This document shows, piece by piece, positions 39,165 to 49,688 of a DNA stretch of 64,000 bases. The DNA lies in NCBI GenBank assembly GCA_004000625.1, contig SAUS01000001.1:3639-67638 (forward strand), read 5' to 3'. Source of the DNA: Candidatus Cibiobacter qucibialis. Its GTDB lineage: Bacteria; Bacillota; Clostridia; Oscillospirales; Ruminococcaceae. The notes beneath the pieces were generated by a model. That model was not told the origin of the DNA. It worked only from the letters and a program-made list of their open reading frames with translations, and searched no databases. Within the stretch, counting starts at the first letter, position 1; the number at the start of each line of letters is the position of its first letter. A program made the translations under genes and the position numbers.

Positions 39165-39896
39165 TCAGCCCTCCACCGTGTTGTATTTGTTCAGGATCAC
39201 ATCTTCATAATCGCCGGTTTCCAGCGTGATGGCACGCACAAACAGGCTGACCTTATTATCTTCGTTCAGGGCTTCCCACAACTTTCCGGCAAATTCGTCG
39301 GCATCGTTCTGGTCCAGTGTCACGCGCAGCGGCTCACCGGCAAAGCTGGGGATGGGGGAGCCGTTTTTCTGGTAGGTGGTAATCAGCTGGCCTTCGCCTG
39401 CAACGGGCTGCGGATAGTCAAAGGTCTGGCGCTGCACGCTGGCGGGGTTGCCATCGCAGCTTTTCAGGATGCTCAGCTTGTAGCCGCCGCGACGCATATC
39501 CACAACGCCGGAAATGCGGGGGGTAAAGTTGGGGGCATCGTCCTCAAAAGTGCGGGTGGCAAGGGCTGCTTCAAAGCCGTAACCAGGGAACAGGTTATCC
39601 CGCATGTAGCGGTAAATGGTATCCGTCTGGTCACCGTTGGTCACAATGGTGGTATCGTTCAGGGTCAGAACCGGGTTATAGATGATCAGATGGGGATCTT
39701 CCAGCTTGGCGGGGTCTGCGGCTACCGTGCGGATGCCGCCGGGGATGGCGTCAAACACGCGGTTGCGGCTGTTGGCGCTGCGGCCCATGATCCAGTAAGC
39801 AATCATGGCTTTGGTGCCGTCCGGCGAACGGCCGATGCAGATGCCGCGGCCGGGATATTCGTTACCGGCCAGATAAGTATAAAGATTCTTTTTCAT
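39165..39896 (-). CDS. IMP cyclohydrolase, PurO-like (archaeal-type) family
   Basis: 243 aa; N-terminus MKKNLYTYLAGNEYPGRGICIGRSPDGT... resembles PurO/PF07826-type IMP cyclohydrolases; sits exactly where the missing IMPCH activity is needed. Confidence 0.55.
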   Translation of the reverse strand: MKKNLYTYLAGNEYPGRGICIGRSPDGTKAMIAYWIMGRSANSRNRVFDAIPGGIRTVAADPAKLEDPHLIIYNPVLTLNDTTIVTNGDQTDTIYRYMRDNLFPGYGFEAALATRTFEDDAPNFTPRISGVVDMRRGGYKLSILKSCDGNPASVQRQTFDYPQPVAGEGQLITTYQKNGSPIPSFAGEPLRVTLDQNDADEFAGKLWEALNEDNKVSLFVRAITLETGDYEDVILNKYNTVEG

Positions 39897-39917
39897 GCGG
39901 GAATCCTCCTTGTTCGG

Positions 39918-40511
39918 TCAGGCTTCGCCATTGCACACCATGGCAATGGCCTGGGGCAGCAACTTCCATTCGGCTTCCACCATCACGCGCTTCTGCAGCA
40001 CTTCGGGGGTATCACCGGGCTGCACTTCCACGGCTTTTTGCAGCAGGATGGGCCCGCCGTCACACACTTCGTTGACAAAGTGGACGGTAGCGCCGGTCAC
40101 TTTCACGCCGCGCTTCAGCGCTTCCTCATGCACTTTCAGGCCATAGTAGCCGGGGCCGCAAAAGCTGGGAATCAGGCTGGGATGGATGTTCAGGATGCGG
40201 TTGGGGTAAGCGGCAATCACGCTGGGGCCCAGCACGCTCAAAAATCCTGCCAGAACCACCAGCTCAATGCCATGGTCTTTCAGCACACTCAGCAGGGCAG
40301 TGTCAAACTCCTCGCTGGTGGCGTAATCCTTGCGGCGCACCACGGCGGTTTCCACGCCGAAGTTTGCAGCGCGTTCCAACGCATACACACCAGGTTTGCT
40401 GGCAACCACCAGGGTAACCTTACCGTTGGGGTTCTCCCCGCGGCGTTCGCTTTCCAGGATGGCCTGCAGGTTGGTGCCGCCGCCGGAAACCAGCACAGCA
40501 ATCTTCATCAT
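39918..40511 (-). CDS. purN: Phosphoribosylglycinamide formyltransferase PurN
   Basis: [18 protein letters not shown]...; formyl-transferase motifs (NIHPSLIP, D in VDDG-like). Confidence 0.9.
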   Translation of the reverse strand: MMKIAVLVSGGGTNLQAILESERRGENPNGKVTLVVASKPGVYALERAANFGVETAVVRRKDYATSEEFDTALLSVLKDHGIELVVLAGFLSVLGPSVIAAYPNRILNIHPSLIPSFCGPGYYGLKVHEEALKRGVKVTGATVHFVNEVCDGGPILLQKAVEVQPGDTPEVLQKRVMVEAEWKLLPQAIAMVCNGEA

Positions 40512-41548
40512 ACCAGCTGCACCCCGCTGCCTTCGCCAATCACACCAAGGCGGTAAGCATCCTCGCCGTTGGCTTTCAGGATCTCAATGGCCTTGTCGGC
40601 ATCCTCGGCAGCCACGGTCAAAATCATACCAACGCCCATGTTGAAGGTGTTGAACATATCGCGCTCCGGAATGTTGCCCTCTTTAGCCAGCACATCAAAC
40701 AGCACGGGGGTGCGCACATCGCTCTTCTTGATCACAGCGCAGCAGCCGGCTTTCAGGCTGCGGGGAATGTTCTCGTAAAAGCCGCCGCCGGTAATGTGGG
40801 AAACGCCCTTGACGGTAACTTCCTTCATCACGGCCAGCACAGGCTTGACATAAATCTTGGTGGGGGCCAGCAGGGCTTCGCCCAGGGTCTTGTCCATGCC
40901 GTCAAAGGTCTTTTTCAGCACATCGGGGTTGTTCTCCAGGTCAAAGATCTTGCGCACCAGGGAGAACCCGTTGGAGTGTACGCCGGTGGAAGGCAGGGCG
41001 ATGATCACATCGCCGGGCTGCATGGTGGAGTTGTCCAAGATCTTGCTCTTGTCCACAGCGCCAACAGTAAAGCCGGCCAGGTCGTACTCGTCCTCCGGGT
41101 AAAAACCGGGCATCTCGGCGGTCTCACCGCCAACCAGGGCACAGCCAGCCTGCACGCAGCCTTCGGCTACACCGGCAACCAGCTCGGCAATGCGCTCCGG
41201 CACGTTTTTGCCGCAGGCGATGTAATCCAGGAACACCAGCGGCTTGGCACCGGCGCAGATGACATCGTTCACGCACATGGCAACGCAATCAATGCCAACG
41301 GTGTCATGTTTGTTCATGTACTGGGCAATGCGCAGCTTGGTACCAACGCCGTCCGTGCCGGAAATCAGCACGGGGTGGGGCATATCGGTGCAGTCCAGCT
41401 CAAACAGGCCGCCAAAGCCACCCAGGCCGCCAATGCAGTGCTCGTTCATGGTGCGGGCAACGTGCTGCTTCATCAGGTCAACTGCCTTGTAACCGGCGGT
41501 AATATCCACACCAGCGGCAGCGTAGCTTGCAGAATAGCTTTTTTCCAT
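40508..41548 (-). CDS. purM: Phosphoribosylformylglycinamidine cyclo-ligase PurM
   Basis: 346 aa; AIR synthase N and C domains ([17 protein letters not shown]). Confidence 0.95.
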   Translation of the reverse strand: MEKSYSASYAAAGVDITAGYKAVDLMKQHVARTMNEHCIGGLGGFGGLFELDCTDMPHPVLISGTDGVGTKLRIAQYMNKHDTVGIDCVAMCVNDVICAGAKPLVFLDYIACGKNVPERIAELVAGVAEGCVQAGCALVGGETAEMPGFYPEDEYDLAGFTVGAVDKSKILDNSTMQPGDVIIALPSTGVHSNGFSLVRKIFDLENNPDVLKKTFDGMDKTLGEALLAPTKIYVKPVLAVMKEVTVKGVSHITGGGFYENIPRSLKAGCCAVIKKSDVRTPVLFDVLAKEGNIPERDMFNTFNMGVGMILTVAAEDADKAIEILKANGEDAYRLGVIGEGSGVQLV

Positions 41549-41569
41549 TATGTTTCTCTCCTTATCAGC

Positions 41570-43039
41570 TTACAGGCGTTTTTTGGTCTGGGACTGGCTC
41601 AGGGGTTTATCGTATACAATGTCCATCGTCTCGTTGGGGGCGGGCACCGGGTAATGGCCGGTAAAGCAGCCGGTGCAGAACCCGCACTTGCTGTGGATGG
41701 CCAGCTGGGTCACATGTTCAATGCTCAGGTAGCCCAGGGAATCGGCCCCCACGATCTGGCGGATCTCCTCCACCGTATGGCCGGTGGCAATCAGGTCTTT
41801 TTCGTCCGGGATGTCGGTGCCGAAATAGCAGGGGTGGGCAAACGGCGGGGCCGAAATGCGGTAGTGTACTTCCTTGGCACCGGCGTCGCGCAGCAGCTTG
41901 ATGGTGCGGGCGCTGGTGGTGCCGCGCACGATGGAGTCATCCACAAGCACAACGCGCTTGCCCGCAACGGTGGAGGAAATTGCGTTCAATTTGATGCGCA
42001 CACTGCTTTCACGCTGGGCCTGGGAGCCCTGGATGAAGGTGCGGCCCACATATTTGTTTTTAATAAAACCCACGCCATAGGGAATACCGCTTTCCTGCGC
42101 ATAGCCAAGGGCGGCATCCAGGCCGGAATCCGGCGCACCGATGACGACATCGGCTTCCACCGGATGCTCCTGTGCCAGAAAGCGCCCGGCCTGCAGGCGG
42201 GCGTCATGCACGCAGGTGCCCTCGATGATGGAATCGGGGCGGGCAAAATAAATGTACTCAAACACGCACATCGTGTGCGGCGCGGTGCCGCAGTGGGTGC
42301 GGATGGTGCGCAGGCCGGTGTAGTCTGCCACCACGATCTCGCCGGGCAGTACATCGCGCACAAAGCGGGCGCCCACGGCATCCAGCGCACAGGATTCCGA
42401 AGCAAAAGCCCAGCCGGAGCCATCCGGCAGCTGGCCAATGCAGAGAGGGCGGAAGCCATTAGGATCGCGCGCGGCGATCAGTTTGGTGTGGGTCATAATG
42501 ACCAGGCTGTAAGCACCCACGATCTGCTCCATCGTGCGGCAGACAGCTGTTTCAATATCCGGGCTGATCAGGCGGTTCTGGGTCAGCAGATAGCCGATGA
42601 CCTCGGTGTCCGAAGTGCCGTGGAAGATCGAACCGTTCATTTCCAGCTTGTGGCGCAGCTGGGGGGCATTGGTCAGGTTGCCGTTGTGGCAGATGGCCAT
42701 AGTGCCCTTGCAGTGGTGCAGAACCATGGGCTGGGCGTTGGCGCGGGTGCGCTGGCCGCTGGTGGCATAGCGCACATGGCCGGTGGCCATCTTGGCATCC
42801 TGCGGCAGGTCAGCCAGCACGCGCGGGGTAAATACCTCGCTGACCAGGCCAAGATCGCGGTAGCCGGTCAGCACACCGTCCACGTTCAGGGCAATACCGC
42901 AGCTTTCCTGGCCGCGGTGCTGCAGGGCATACAACGCGCTGTACACGGCGCTGACCATGTTGGTTTTGCCGGTGGAATCATAGATACCGAACACGCCGCA
43001 TTCTTCATGCAGTGCTTCGGCGGGACAAAGCTCCTTCAT
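41570..43039 (-). CDS. purF: Amidophosphoribosyltransferase PurF
   Basis: N-terminal CGVFGIY nucleophile, PRTase motif VLVDDSIVRGTT, C-terminal Fe-S cysteines. Confidence 0.95.
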   Translation of the reverse strand: MKELCPAEALHEECGVFGIYDSTGKTNMVSAVYSALYALQHRGQESCGIALNVDGVLTGYRDLGLVSEVFTPRVLADLPQDAKMATGHVRYATSGQRTRANAQPMVLHHCKGTMAICHNGNLTNAPQLRHKLEMNGSIFHGTSDTEVIGYLLTQNRLISPDIETAVCRTMEQIVGAYSLVIMTHTKLIAARDPNGFRPLCIGQLPDGSGWAFASESCALDAVGARFVRDVLPGEIVVADYTGLRTIRTHCGTAPHTMCVFEYIYFARPDSIIEGTCVHDARLQAGRFLAQEHPVEADVVIGAPDSGLDAALGYAQESGIPYGVGFIKNKYVGRTFIQGSQAQRESSVRIKLNAISSTVAGKRVVLVDDSIVRGTTSARTIKLLRDAGAKEVHYRISAPPFAHPCYFGTDIPDEKDLIATGHTVEEIRQIVGADSLGYLSIEHVTQLAIHSKCGFCTGCFTGHYPVPAPNETMDIVYDKPLSQSQTKKRL

Positions 43040-43141
43040 TCAGTTCTCCGTTTCCTGTTTCAAACGATGGCAGGGTGCACCGGAAGAGCGAACGGCGGTT
43101 CCAGTACACCCTGAACATTGGCTGGACTAAGCTTGGTTCAA

Positions 43142-43855
<714 letters not shown>

Positions 43856-43950
43856 TGTAATGCGCTCCTTTATATTCTTTCATGAATTGATTTATGGAAT
43901 CCTTTTTATAAAAAGGGATAAAACAACAGCAAATAAACCGGGATTTGAAG

Positions 43951-44457
43951 TTACATAGCTGCGGCTTCGGCAGCGATGGCGGCGTCCTTTTTGGCAATGG
44001 CGGCGGCGGTGTCGGTACGGAACTGATCCAGCTTAGCGGCAAGCTCATCATCGGCAACAGCCAGGATGGCAACGGCCAGGTAAGCGGCGTTCTTGGCACC
44101 GTTCAGGGCAACCGTGGCAACCGGGAAGCCGGAAGGCATCTGCACGGTAGCAAGCAGAGCATCCAGACCGTCCATGGCACCGCCCTTCATCGGGATGCCG
44201 ACCACCGGCAAAGTGGTGTTGGCGGCAAAGGCACCTGCCAGGTGGGCCGCCATACCGGCAGCGCACAGGATAACACCGTAACCATTGGCGCGGGCAGATT
44301 TGGCAAAGGCAGCGGCGGCTTCCGGCGTACGGTGGGCGGAAAGAATGTGCGCCTCAAACGGTACATCGAAATCTTTCAGCACCCCGCAGGCACTTTTTAC
44401 AACCGGCCAATCACTGTCAGAACCCATGATGATGGCAACCTTTTTACGGTTCGGCAT
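43951..44457 (-). CDS. purE: N5-carboxyaminoimidazole ribonucleotide mutase PurE
   Basis: 168 aa; [17 protein letters not shown] motifs. Confidence 0.95.
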   Translation of the reverse strand: MPNRKKVAIIMGSDSDWPVVKSACGVLKDFDVPFEAHILSAHRTPEAAAAFAKSARANGYGVILCAAGMAAHLAGAFAANTTLPVVGIPMKGGAMDGLDALLATVQMPSGFPVATVALNGAKNAAYLAVAILAVADDELAAKLDQFRTDTAAAIAKKDAAIAAEAAAM

Positions 44458-44473
44458 GTTACAGATCCTCCTT

Positions 44474-44512
44474 CAAAAAATAAGAGCGCGGTGTACACGG
44501 GTACACTGCGCT
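44474..44512 (-). promoter_or_regulatory. Leader terminator/attenuator immediately upstream of purE RBS
   Basis: On minus strand: GCGCAGTGTAC-CCGT-GTACACCGCGC followed by TCTTATTTTTT then GAAGGAGG-N8-ATG. Confidence 0.55.
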
Positions 44513-44906
44513 TATACAAGGCTATTATGCTTATAATACACCGCATGAAGAACACAGCTGCGCAAACCGACCGGGAATGGTCCGAAAAGATTCGTGTAAT
44601 GCACAAAGTCGCCCTCCATCCTTTAATGTATGGCTGGATCCCCCGGCGGGCTGTGTACAGAATAACACACAAAACACCCGTACGGAAAATCTCTGTAATT
44701 AAAGTGTAAAGCGTGCAGCGCAAAAAAGCAAGAGCCAAAACTTTTTTTGGCGCACTTCCTATTGTGTTTAAAATAAGATAGGGCTTTTTGTCAAAGTTGA
44801 TGGAGAAAAACGGGGTGAAGTATGACTTTTTTGATAAGGATTTTTGTGCTATAATAACCATACCAGAAAATACTGCCATAAGGCAGGATGGGAAAGGGGT
44901 ATCGCA

Positions 44907-45428
44907 ATGAAATTGTTCCACACAGCCCTTGTGCTTGGCAAGGGGGGCTTTGGCACACAGCTGGGAGAAATGCTGGCGGAAGCCGGCGGCTATTCCCGTA
45001 TTTTGTACCTGGATGACCAGGCACCGGACGCTGCGGGCAAACTGGCAGATTACCTGGATCCCACCATCAGGGAACGCTGCACCGCGGCTTTTGTAGGCCT
45101 TGGCAACAATGAGCTGCGGCTGCAATGGCTGCAAAAGCTGGTGGCTGCGGGCTACCAGACACCGGTGTTTGAACACCCGGCGGCAGAAGTATGCAGCAGC
45201 GCAGCCCTGGGGGCAGGGACCGTGGTGCTGCCATTTGCCTTTGTGGGCGCAGGAACCAAAGTGGGGGCAGGGTGCATCATCAATGCCGGTGCCATTGTGG
45301 ACCATAACGCCGTGCTGGAAGACGGTGTGCATGCCGCCCCCCGTGCAACCATCAAAGCCGGGGCAACCGTGGAGCGCTGCATGAAAGTGGACAGTGGCGA
45401 AATTATCCGCAGCCCATGGGAAAAATAA
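44907..45428 (+). CDS. Sugar acetyltransferase, NeuD/PglD/VioB family (N-terminal Rossmann-like + left-handed beta-helix hexapeptide repeats)
   Basis: LVLGKGGFGTQL N-terminus, G-rich hexapeptide repeats (GAGTVVLP..GAGTKVGAGCIINAGAIV); start chosen at MKLFH after a TGnTATAAT-like -10. Confidence 0.7.
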   Translation: MKLFHTALVLGKGGFGTQLGEMLAEAGGYSRILYLDDQAPDAAGKLADYLDPTIRERCTAAFVGLGNNELRLQWLQKLVAAGYQTPVFEHPAAEVCSSAALGAGTVVLPFAFVGAGTKVGAGCIINAGAIVDHNAVLEDGVHAAPRATIKAGATVERCMKVDSGEIIRSPWEK

Positions 45429-45534
45429 TGCAGCTGCGCGGAACCGACAGCCAAACAATGCAGGCAGAATTTTGAAAAAAGCGGCCCCGCAATTTGGGTA
45501 TATTGCGGTGTTGCCCTTAATAATAAACGAACGT

Positions 45535-45590
45535 AAAAACCAGCCGCCTGCCGTGCAAATGCACAAAGCAGGCGGCTGGTTTTATAAGTC
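45535..45590. terminator. Bidirectional terminator between convergent acetyltransferase and DltD-like genes
   Basis: AAAAACCAGCCGCCTGC...GCAGGCGGCTGGTTTT. Confidence 0.75.
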
Positions 45591-45645
45591 GTAAGCAAAA
45601 GGTGAAAATCAAGCAGGGAACAACCTGCCAAAAGAAGCAAAGCGC

Positions 45646-47049
45646 TTACCCGACGTTTTCAACATTCTCCTCACCATCCACCGGCAGGGTGGTGCGCGGG
45701 GTCACGCTGAGGGGGTCGGGCAGGGTGTTGTTTTCAACATCCTGCAACACCTGCGGCACACCGGGGAAGAACTTGGCGATGCCGCAGCCTTTGCAGTGCA
45801 GGCCATCGAAAAAGTCGGTTTCATCCAACCCCTTAATGCAGGTGGGGTCATAACTGCCGTACAGCGGAATATTGTAGTCATGCGCATACTGGCGGATCCA
45901 GTTTTCAGTTTCAAAAAAGCCCTGGTGCTGGTCGGTTTCCGTCAGCAGAAAGTCATACAGGTACGGGTGCCAGGGGGAGAGGGCCAAAATCACCGTGGTG
46001 CCCTGGTTTTGCGCATACTGGATAAACTTGTCAAACGCTTCTTCCTGCTTGGGGGAAAGCGAGTCGAACCCTTCCATATGTACGCTGTTGAACGTGGGGC
46101 AGGCTTCGGCGGCAAGGGCGCGCACCTGGTCAGTGTTGGCATCCCGGAATGCGGGGTCATACAGTACACTGCCGTCAGAGCGCTTGATGGTGGTGGGCTG
46201 CTCGTAAGGGTCGCCGTCCACCGGGTTAAAGTCAATGGGGTTGCCATCGTCATCCGTCACAACGCTCTGGCCGCGGTTCTTTAAGTAATAGTCTACGTTG
46301 CCCTGAAAATAAGCCGGTTCCACCAGCGCTTTCCACAGCGCCACGCGGTCCTCTTCCTCATAGTCGGTTTCAACACCGAGAACCTTAGTCAAAAATTCGT
46401 TGTACAGCTCCACATCGGCGCGCTTGTCAAAGGCGGCTTCGTCCCCATACAGCACCCAGGGATCCACGCTCCAAATCAGCACCTTGGGCGCTTTGCCGTA
46501 GCAGACCATCTTATAATAGCTGGTCATGTTATCGCGCACATCCGCGCCGGTAACGCCCATGTTGAAAAAACTGTCGGTTCCGACAAGTTCCCGTGTGAAC
46601 TGTAATACGCGGCTGGAGCCGATGCCGATCACTTCCGGGGTGTCCGGAACATCCTGTGCAAACAGCTGGACAACCTCGCGCTCAATTTCGTTCATCTGCT
46701 CAAAGTTGCTCACATCATAGCCCTGCAGCATCAAGTCCACAATGCGGCGGGGGGCAAGCTCACCCTGGAACAGGCCGCTGCGGTCTACCGTATAGCTGAA
46801 CCAGACCATGAAAACCAGAATGGGAATGAACAGGGCAAACTTGAACAACGTTTTGCTGCCAAAGTATAACCGGCGGACCAAACCATGCAAAAAGCGAACG
46901 AAGATATTTGGCTTTTTGGGGCGTCTGCGCGGTGAGGGAGCGGATTTTTTTTGCTTTGTGGTGGGCTTGCGGGCCGGGGCGGCAACAGCACTGCGGCTGA
47001 CCTTTTGGGTGCCGCGCGGGGCGGAAGCAGGGGTCTGTGTTGGCATAAT
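45646..47049 (-). CDS. DltD/AlgJ-like SGNH-type partner of MBOAT (polysaccharide O-acyl transfer), N-terminal basic tail + signal anchor
   Basis: 467 aa from ATG at 47049 (RBS GGGGGAGGGAG); single TM then large extracytoplasmic domain; immediately downstream of MBOAT as in DltB-DltD / AlgI-AlgJ / PatA-PatB pairs. Confidence 0.6.
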   Translation of the reverse strand: MMPTQTPASAPRGTQKVSRSAVAAPARKPTTKQKKSAPSPRRRPKKPNIFVRFLHGLVRRLYFGSKTLFKFALFIPILVFMVWFSYTVDRSGLFQGELAPRRIVDLMLQGYDVSNFEQMNEIEREVVQLFAQDVPDTPEVIGIGSSRVLQFTRELVGTDSFFNMGVTGADVRDNMTSYYKMVCYGKAPKVLIWSVDPWVLYGDEAAFDKRADVELYNEFLTKVLGVETDYEEEDRVALWKALVEPAYFQGNVDYYLKNRGQSVVTDDDGNPIDFNPVDGDPYEQPTTIKRSDGSVLYDPAFRDANTDQVRALAAEACPTFNSVHMEGFDSLSPKQEEAFDKFIQYAQNQGTTVILALSPWHPYLYDFLLTETDQHQGFFETENWIRQYAHDYNIPLYGSYDPTCIKGLDETDFFDGLHCKGCGIAKFFPGVPQVLQDVENNTLPDPLSVTPRTTLPVDGEENVENVG

Positions 47050-47065
47050 TGATCTCCCTCCCCCG

Positions 47066-48529
47066 TTAAAATTGCTGGTAAATGAACGCCGACTGCCCGA
47101 ACGCGGCAAAGAACAAGATGGATACCGCAGCGGCATAATAGACCGTCCAACGCAGCACAAAGCACTGCTTGCGGATCCAGCGGGCAACATTGTTGCCGTT
47201 GTGCTCCATGGCCAGCACAATGGCGGTACCGCAGGTCAACACCACCGGCAGGCGGCCGTCAATGCCGCTGCTGGTGACCAGATTGGTAACGCTTTCCCAT
47301 CCAGCCGCAAAGCCGCCCTGCCAGCCCTGCAGTATTCCGGCGAATACCTCGCCGGGGACAGCGTTGTAAATGGCGGAAGCAAAAAACACCATTGTAAAGC
47401 TGAACAGCAGGTAGGTGATGCAGCGCTGGAGAAAGGTCTGTACGGCAGGCTCGCGGTACAGCGGGTTATAGCGCCACAGCACTTTGCGAGGAGCTTTGGT
47501 CAGCTGGGCAATGACTGAAATCACGCCGCAGGCAATGCCCCATTCCAGATAGCGCAGGTCAGCCCCGTGCCATAGGCCGCTGACGGCAAACACGATCAGC
47601 GTGTTCAGCATATGGCGCACCACGTTGCAGCGGCTGCCGCCAAGAGGAATGTAGATATAATCCCGCAGCCAGCCGGTCAGGCTCATGTGCCAGCGCTGCC
47701 ACAGCTCGGCAAAGCTGGTAGCCTCGAACGGGCTGTGAAAGTTTTCCAGCAGGTCATACCCCAAAATGCGGGCAGCACCGATGGCGATATCGCAGCAGCC
47801 GGAAAAATCCAGGTAGAGCCGCAGGCTGAACAGCAGGGTGGCGGCCACCAGGTTGGGGCCGTTCATCTCAGCGGGGGTATCGTACACCATCTTGATGTAC
47901 AGGTTCATATTGTCCGCCAGGACCATCTTTTTGGTGTAGCCCCACAGCATGCGGAACGCACCGCCTGCGCAGCGGGTGTAGCTGAACCGGCGGGATTTGT
48001 GGATCTGTGGCCGAAAATGGGGGTACCGCTCAATGGGGCCGGTGGTCATGGCAGGAAAAAAGCTGACGAACAGCGCATAATGCAGCGGGTTCAGCTCAAC
48101 CTTGCAGCGGCGCTTGTATACATCAATGGTGTAGCTGAGCGCAGCAAGGGTAAAGTAGCCCAGGCCCAGCGGGGTAACCATATCCGTGCGGGGCTGCAAT
48201 ACCGTGCCGCCCAGGATATCCGTGGCGAACAGGTTCCAGTATTTGTAATAGAACAAAAGCCCCACACAGGTGAACACCGCCAAAAGCAGGAAAATCACCC
48301 GCACGGGACCTATCCGGCATTTGCCGATCACCAGCCCGCAGCCCCATGTGACCAGTGTTGCCGCAATCAAAACCGGTACCAGCAGGCGGTCGTTGGCCCC
48401 CCAGCAGTAAAACAGGTAGCTGGCAGCCAGCAGACAGTAAGGGCGCAGAACACGGGGCAGGGTATAGTTCAAAAGCGCCACTGCCGCAAAAAAGCCAAGA
48501 AATAGCAGTGTTGTCAGTTCCATCCTCAA
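47066..48529 (-). CDS. Membrane-bound O-acyltransferase (MBOAT; DltB/AlgI family)
   Basis: 487 aa polytopic; conserved MBOAT histidine region (SGLWHGADLRY), WRRWHMSL motif. Confidence 0.85.
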   Translation of the reverse strand: MRMELTTLLFLGFFAAVALLNYTLPRVLRPYCLLAASYLFYCWGANDRLLVPVLIAATLVTWGCGLVIGKCRIGPVRVIFLLLAVFTCVGLLFYYKYWNLFATDILGGTVLQPRTDMVTPLGLGYFTLAALSYTIDVYKRRCKVELNPLHYALFVSFFPAMTTGPIERYPHFRPQIHKSRRFSYTRCAGGAFRMLWGYTKKMVLADNMNLYIKMVYDTPAEMNGPNLVAATLLFSLRLYLDFSGCCDIAIGAARILGYDLLENFHSPFEATSFAELWQRWHMSLTGWLRDYIYIPLGGSRCNVVRHMLNTLIVFAVSGLWHGADLRYLEWGIACGVISVIAQLTKAPRKVLWRYNPLYREPAVQTFLQRCITYLLFSFTMVFFASAIYNAVPGEVFAGILQGWQGGFAAGWESVTNLVTSSGIDGRLPVVLTCGTAIVLAMEHNGNNVARWIRKQCFVLRWTVYYAAAVSILFFAAFGQSAFIYQQF

Positions 48530-48544
48530 ACTCCTTTGGCGGGG

Positions 48545-48907
48545 TTATTTGCCGCTGAGTTTTTTCTCCAAATCCCGCACGCGCTTTTCCAGGATGGCAT
48601 TTTCCTGGGTAAGGCGCTTGCACTTATCCGCAAGCTGGCTGACGCCGATGCTTAAACTGAGCAGCACCAGCAGCACAAAGCAGAACATGAGCATAAATAC
48701 CAGGTTGACCGGCATTTGTACATCCAGCAGATCACGCAGGACGTAAACAACATAGGGGAATACCGCAAAGATGACAAGAACCACGGCCAGTGCCAGCCAG
48801 AGAAGGCTGTATTTTACGCTCATTTGGCCCTTTTTCAGCAGCGCAAAAATAATCAGCAGCAGGATGGCCGCACCCAAAATCATAAAAAACTGGAAATGTG
48901 CCGTCAT
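48545..48907 (-). CDS. DUF2304-family small membrane protein with C-terminal coiled coil (GT2 partner)
   Basis: 120 aa; three TM + KRLTQENAILEKRVRDLEKK; typical neighbour of polyprenyl-phosphate GT2 enzymes. Confidence 0.65.
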   Translation of the reverse strand: MTAHFQFFMILGAAILLLIIFALLKKGQMSVKYSLLWLALAVVLVIFAVFPYVVYVLRDLLDVQMPVNLVFMLMFCFVLLVLLSLSIGVSQLADKCKRLTQENAILEKRVRDLEKKLSGK

Positions 48908-48922
48908 GGGCGTTGTGCCTCC

Positions 48923-49651
48923 TTATTTGCTTTTCGGCTGGTGGATTTTCTTGATAGAAAGGCGGTCAATGATCAAAGACAGGGAAACCTTGATCATGTA
49001 ATACGCGCTTTTAAAACTGCGAATGCTGGAAACGCCGCCCTGACGTTCTTTCATGACGACCGGGGCTTCGCCTACGCGGAACCCGGCCAGCGTGGCAGCC
49101 AGAATGGCTTCCGGCTCCGGATAATCCGAAGCATAATGCTCCGCAAAATAGGCGGTTAGCTGGGGACCGGTGGCACGGAAACCACTGGTGACATCCAGAA
49201 TGCGCTGACTACAGAGAATATGGATGAGCCAGCTTAAAAAGCGGATGCCGACCCGGCGCATAAAGCTTGTCTGGAAGCCTTCGCACTTGATAAAGCGGCT
49301 GCCGATGCACATATCCAGCTTGCCATCCAATACCGGCTGAACGACCTGCATCAGATAAGCGGGGTCGTGCTGGCCGTCACCGTCCATCTGTACAGCAACA
49401 TCATAACCATTGGCGCGGGCATAGCGATAACCGCACTGCACGCCGCCGCCAATGCCAAGGTTGACCGGCAGATCCAAAAACGGGTAGCCATGCTCCGCCA
49501 GCAATTCAGCCGAGCGGTCGGTGGAACAATCGTTGATGATCAAAAAGTCAACCTGCGGGCAGGTGGCACGCAGGCGTTCCACGGTGCTGACGATGTTGGC
49601 TTCCTCATTATAACAGGGAATGATAACAAGAATTTTGGCTGGGTGATTCAA
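48923..49651 (-). CDS. Family 2 glycosyltransferase (polyprenyl-phosphate glycosyltransferase, DPM1/GtrB/ArnC-like catalytic domain)
   Basis: ILVIIPCYNEE..., DxD (QMDGDGQHD). Confidence 0.85.
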   Translation of the reverse strand: MNHPAKILVIIPCYNEEANIVSTVERLRATCPQVDFLIINDCSTDRSAELLAEHGYPFLDLPVNLGIGGGVQCGYRYARANGYDVAVQMDGDGQHDPAYLMQVVQPVLDGKLDMCIGSRFIKCEGFQTSFMRRVGIRFLSWLIHILCSQRILDVTSGFRATGPQLTAYFAEHYASDYPEPEAILAATLAGFRVGEAPVVMKERQGGVSSIRSFKSAYYMIKVSLSLIIDRLSIKKIHQPKSK

Positions 49652-49688
49652 AAGGGCACCTCACATCAGGGGAACGGCCGGTTTGGCA

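Noticed and set aside
44458-44906. Guanine/adenine riboswitch or ZTP (pfl) riboswitch upstream of purE
   Set aside because: I searched the minus-strand leader for GGAUAUGG, CCGUAAAU and the UAUA P1 junction of purine aptamers, and for GGGUCGUGAC...CCGCCUGGG of ZTP. None is present, and only the terminator hairpin is clear.
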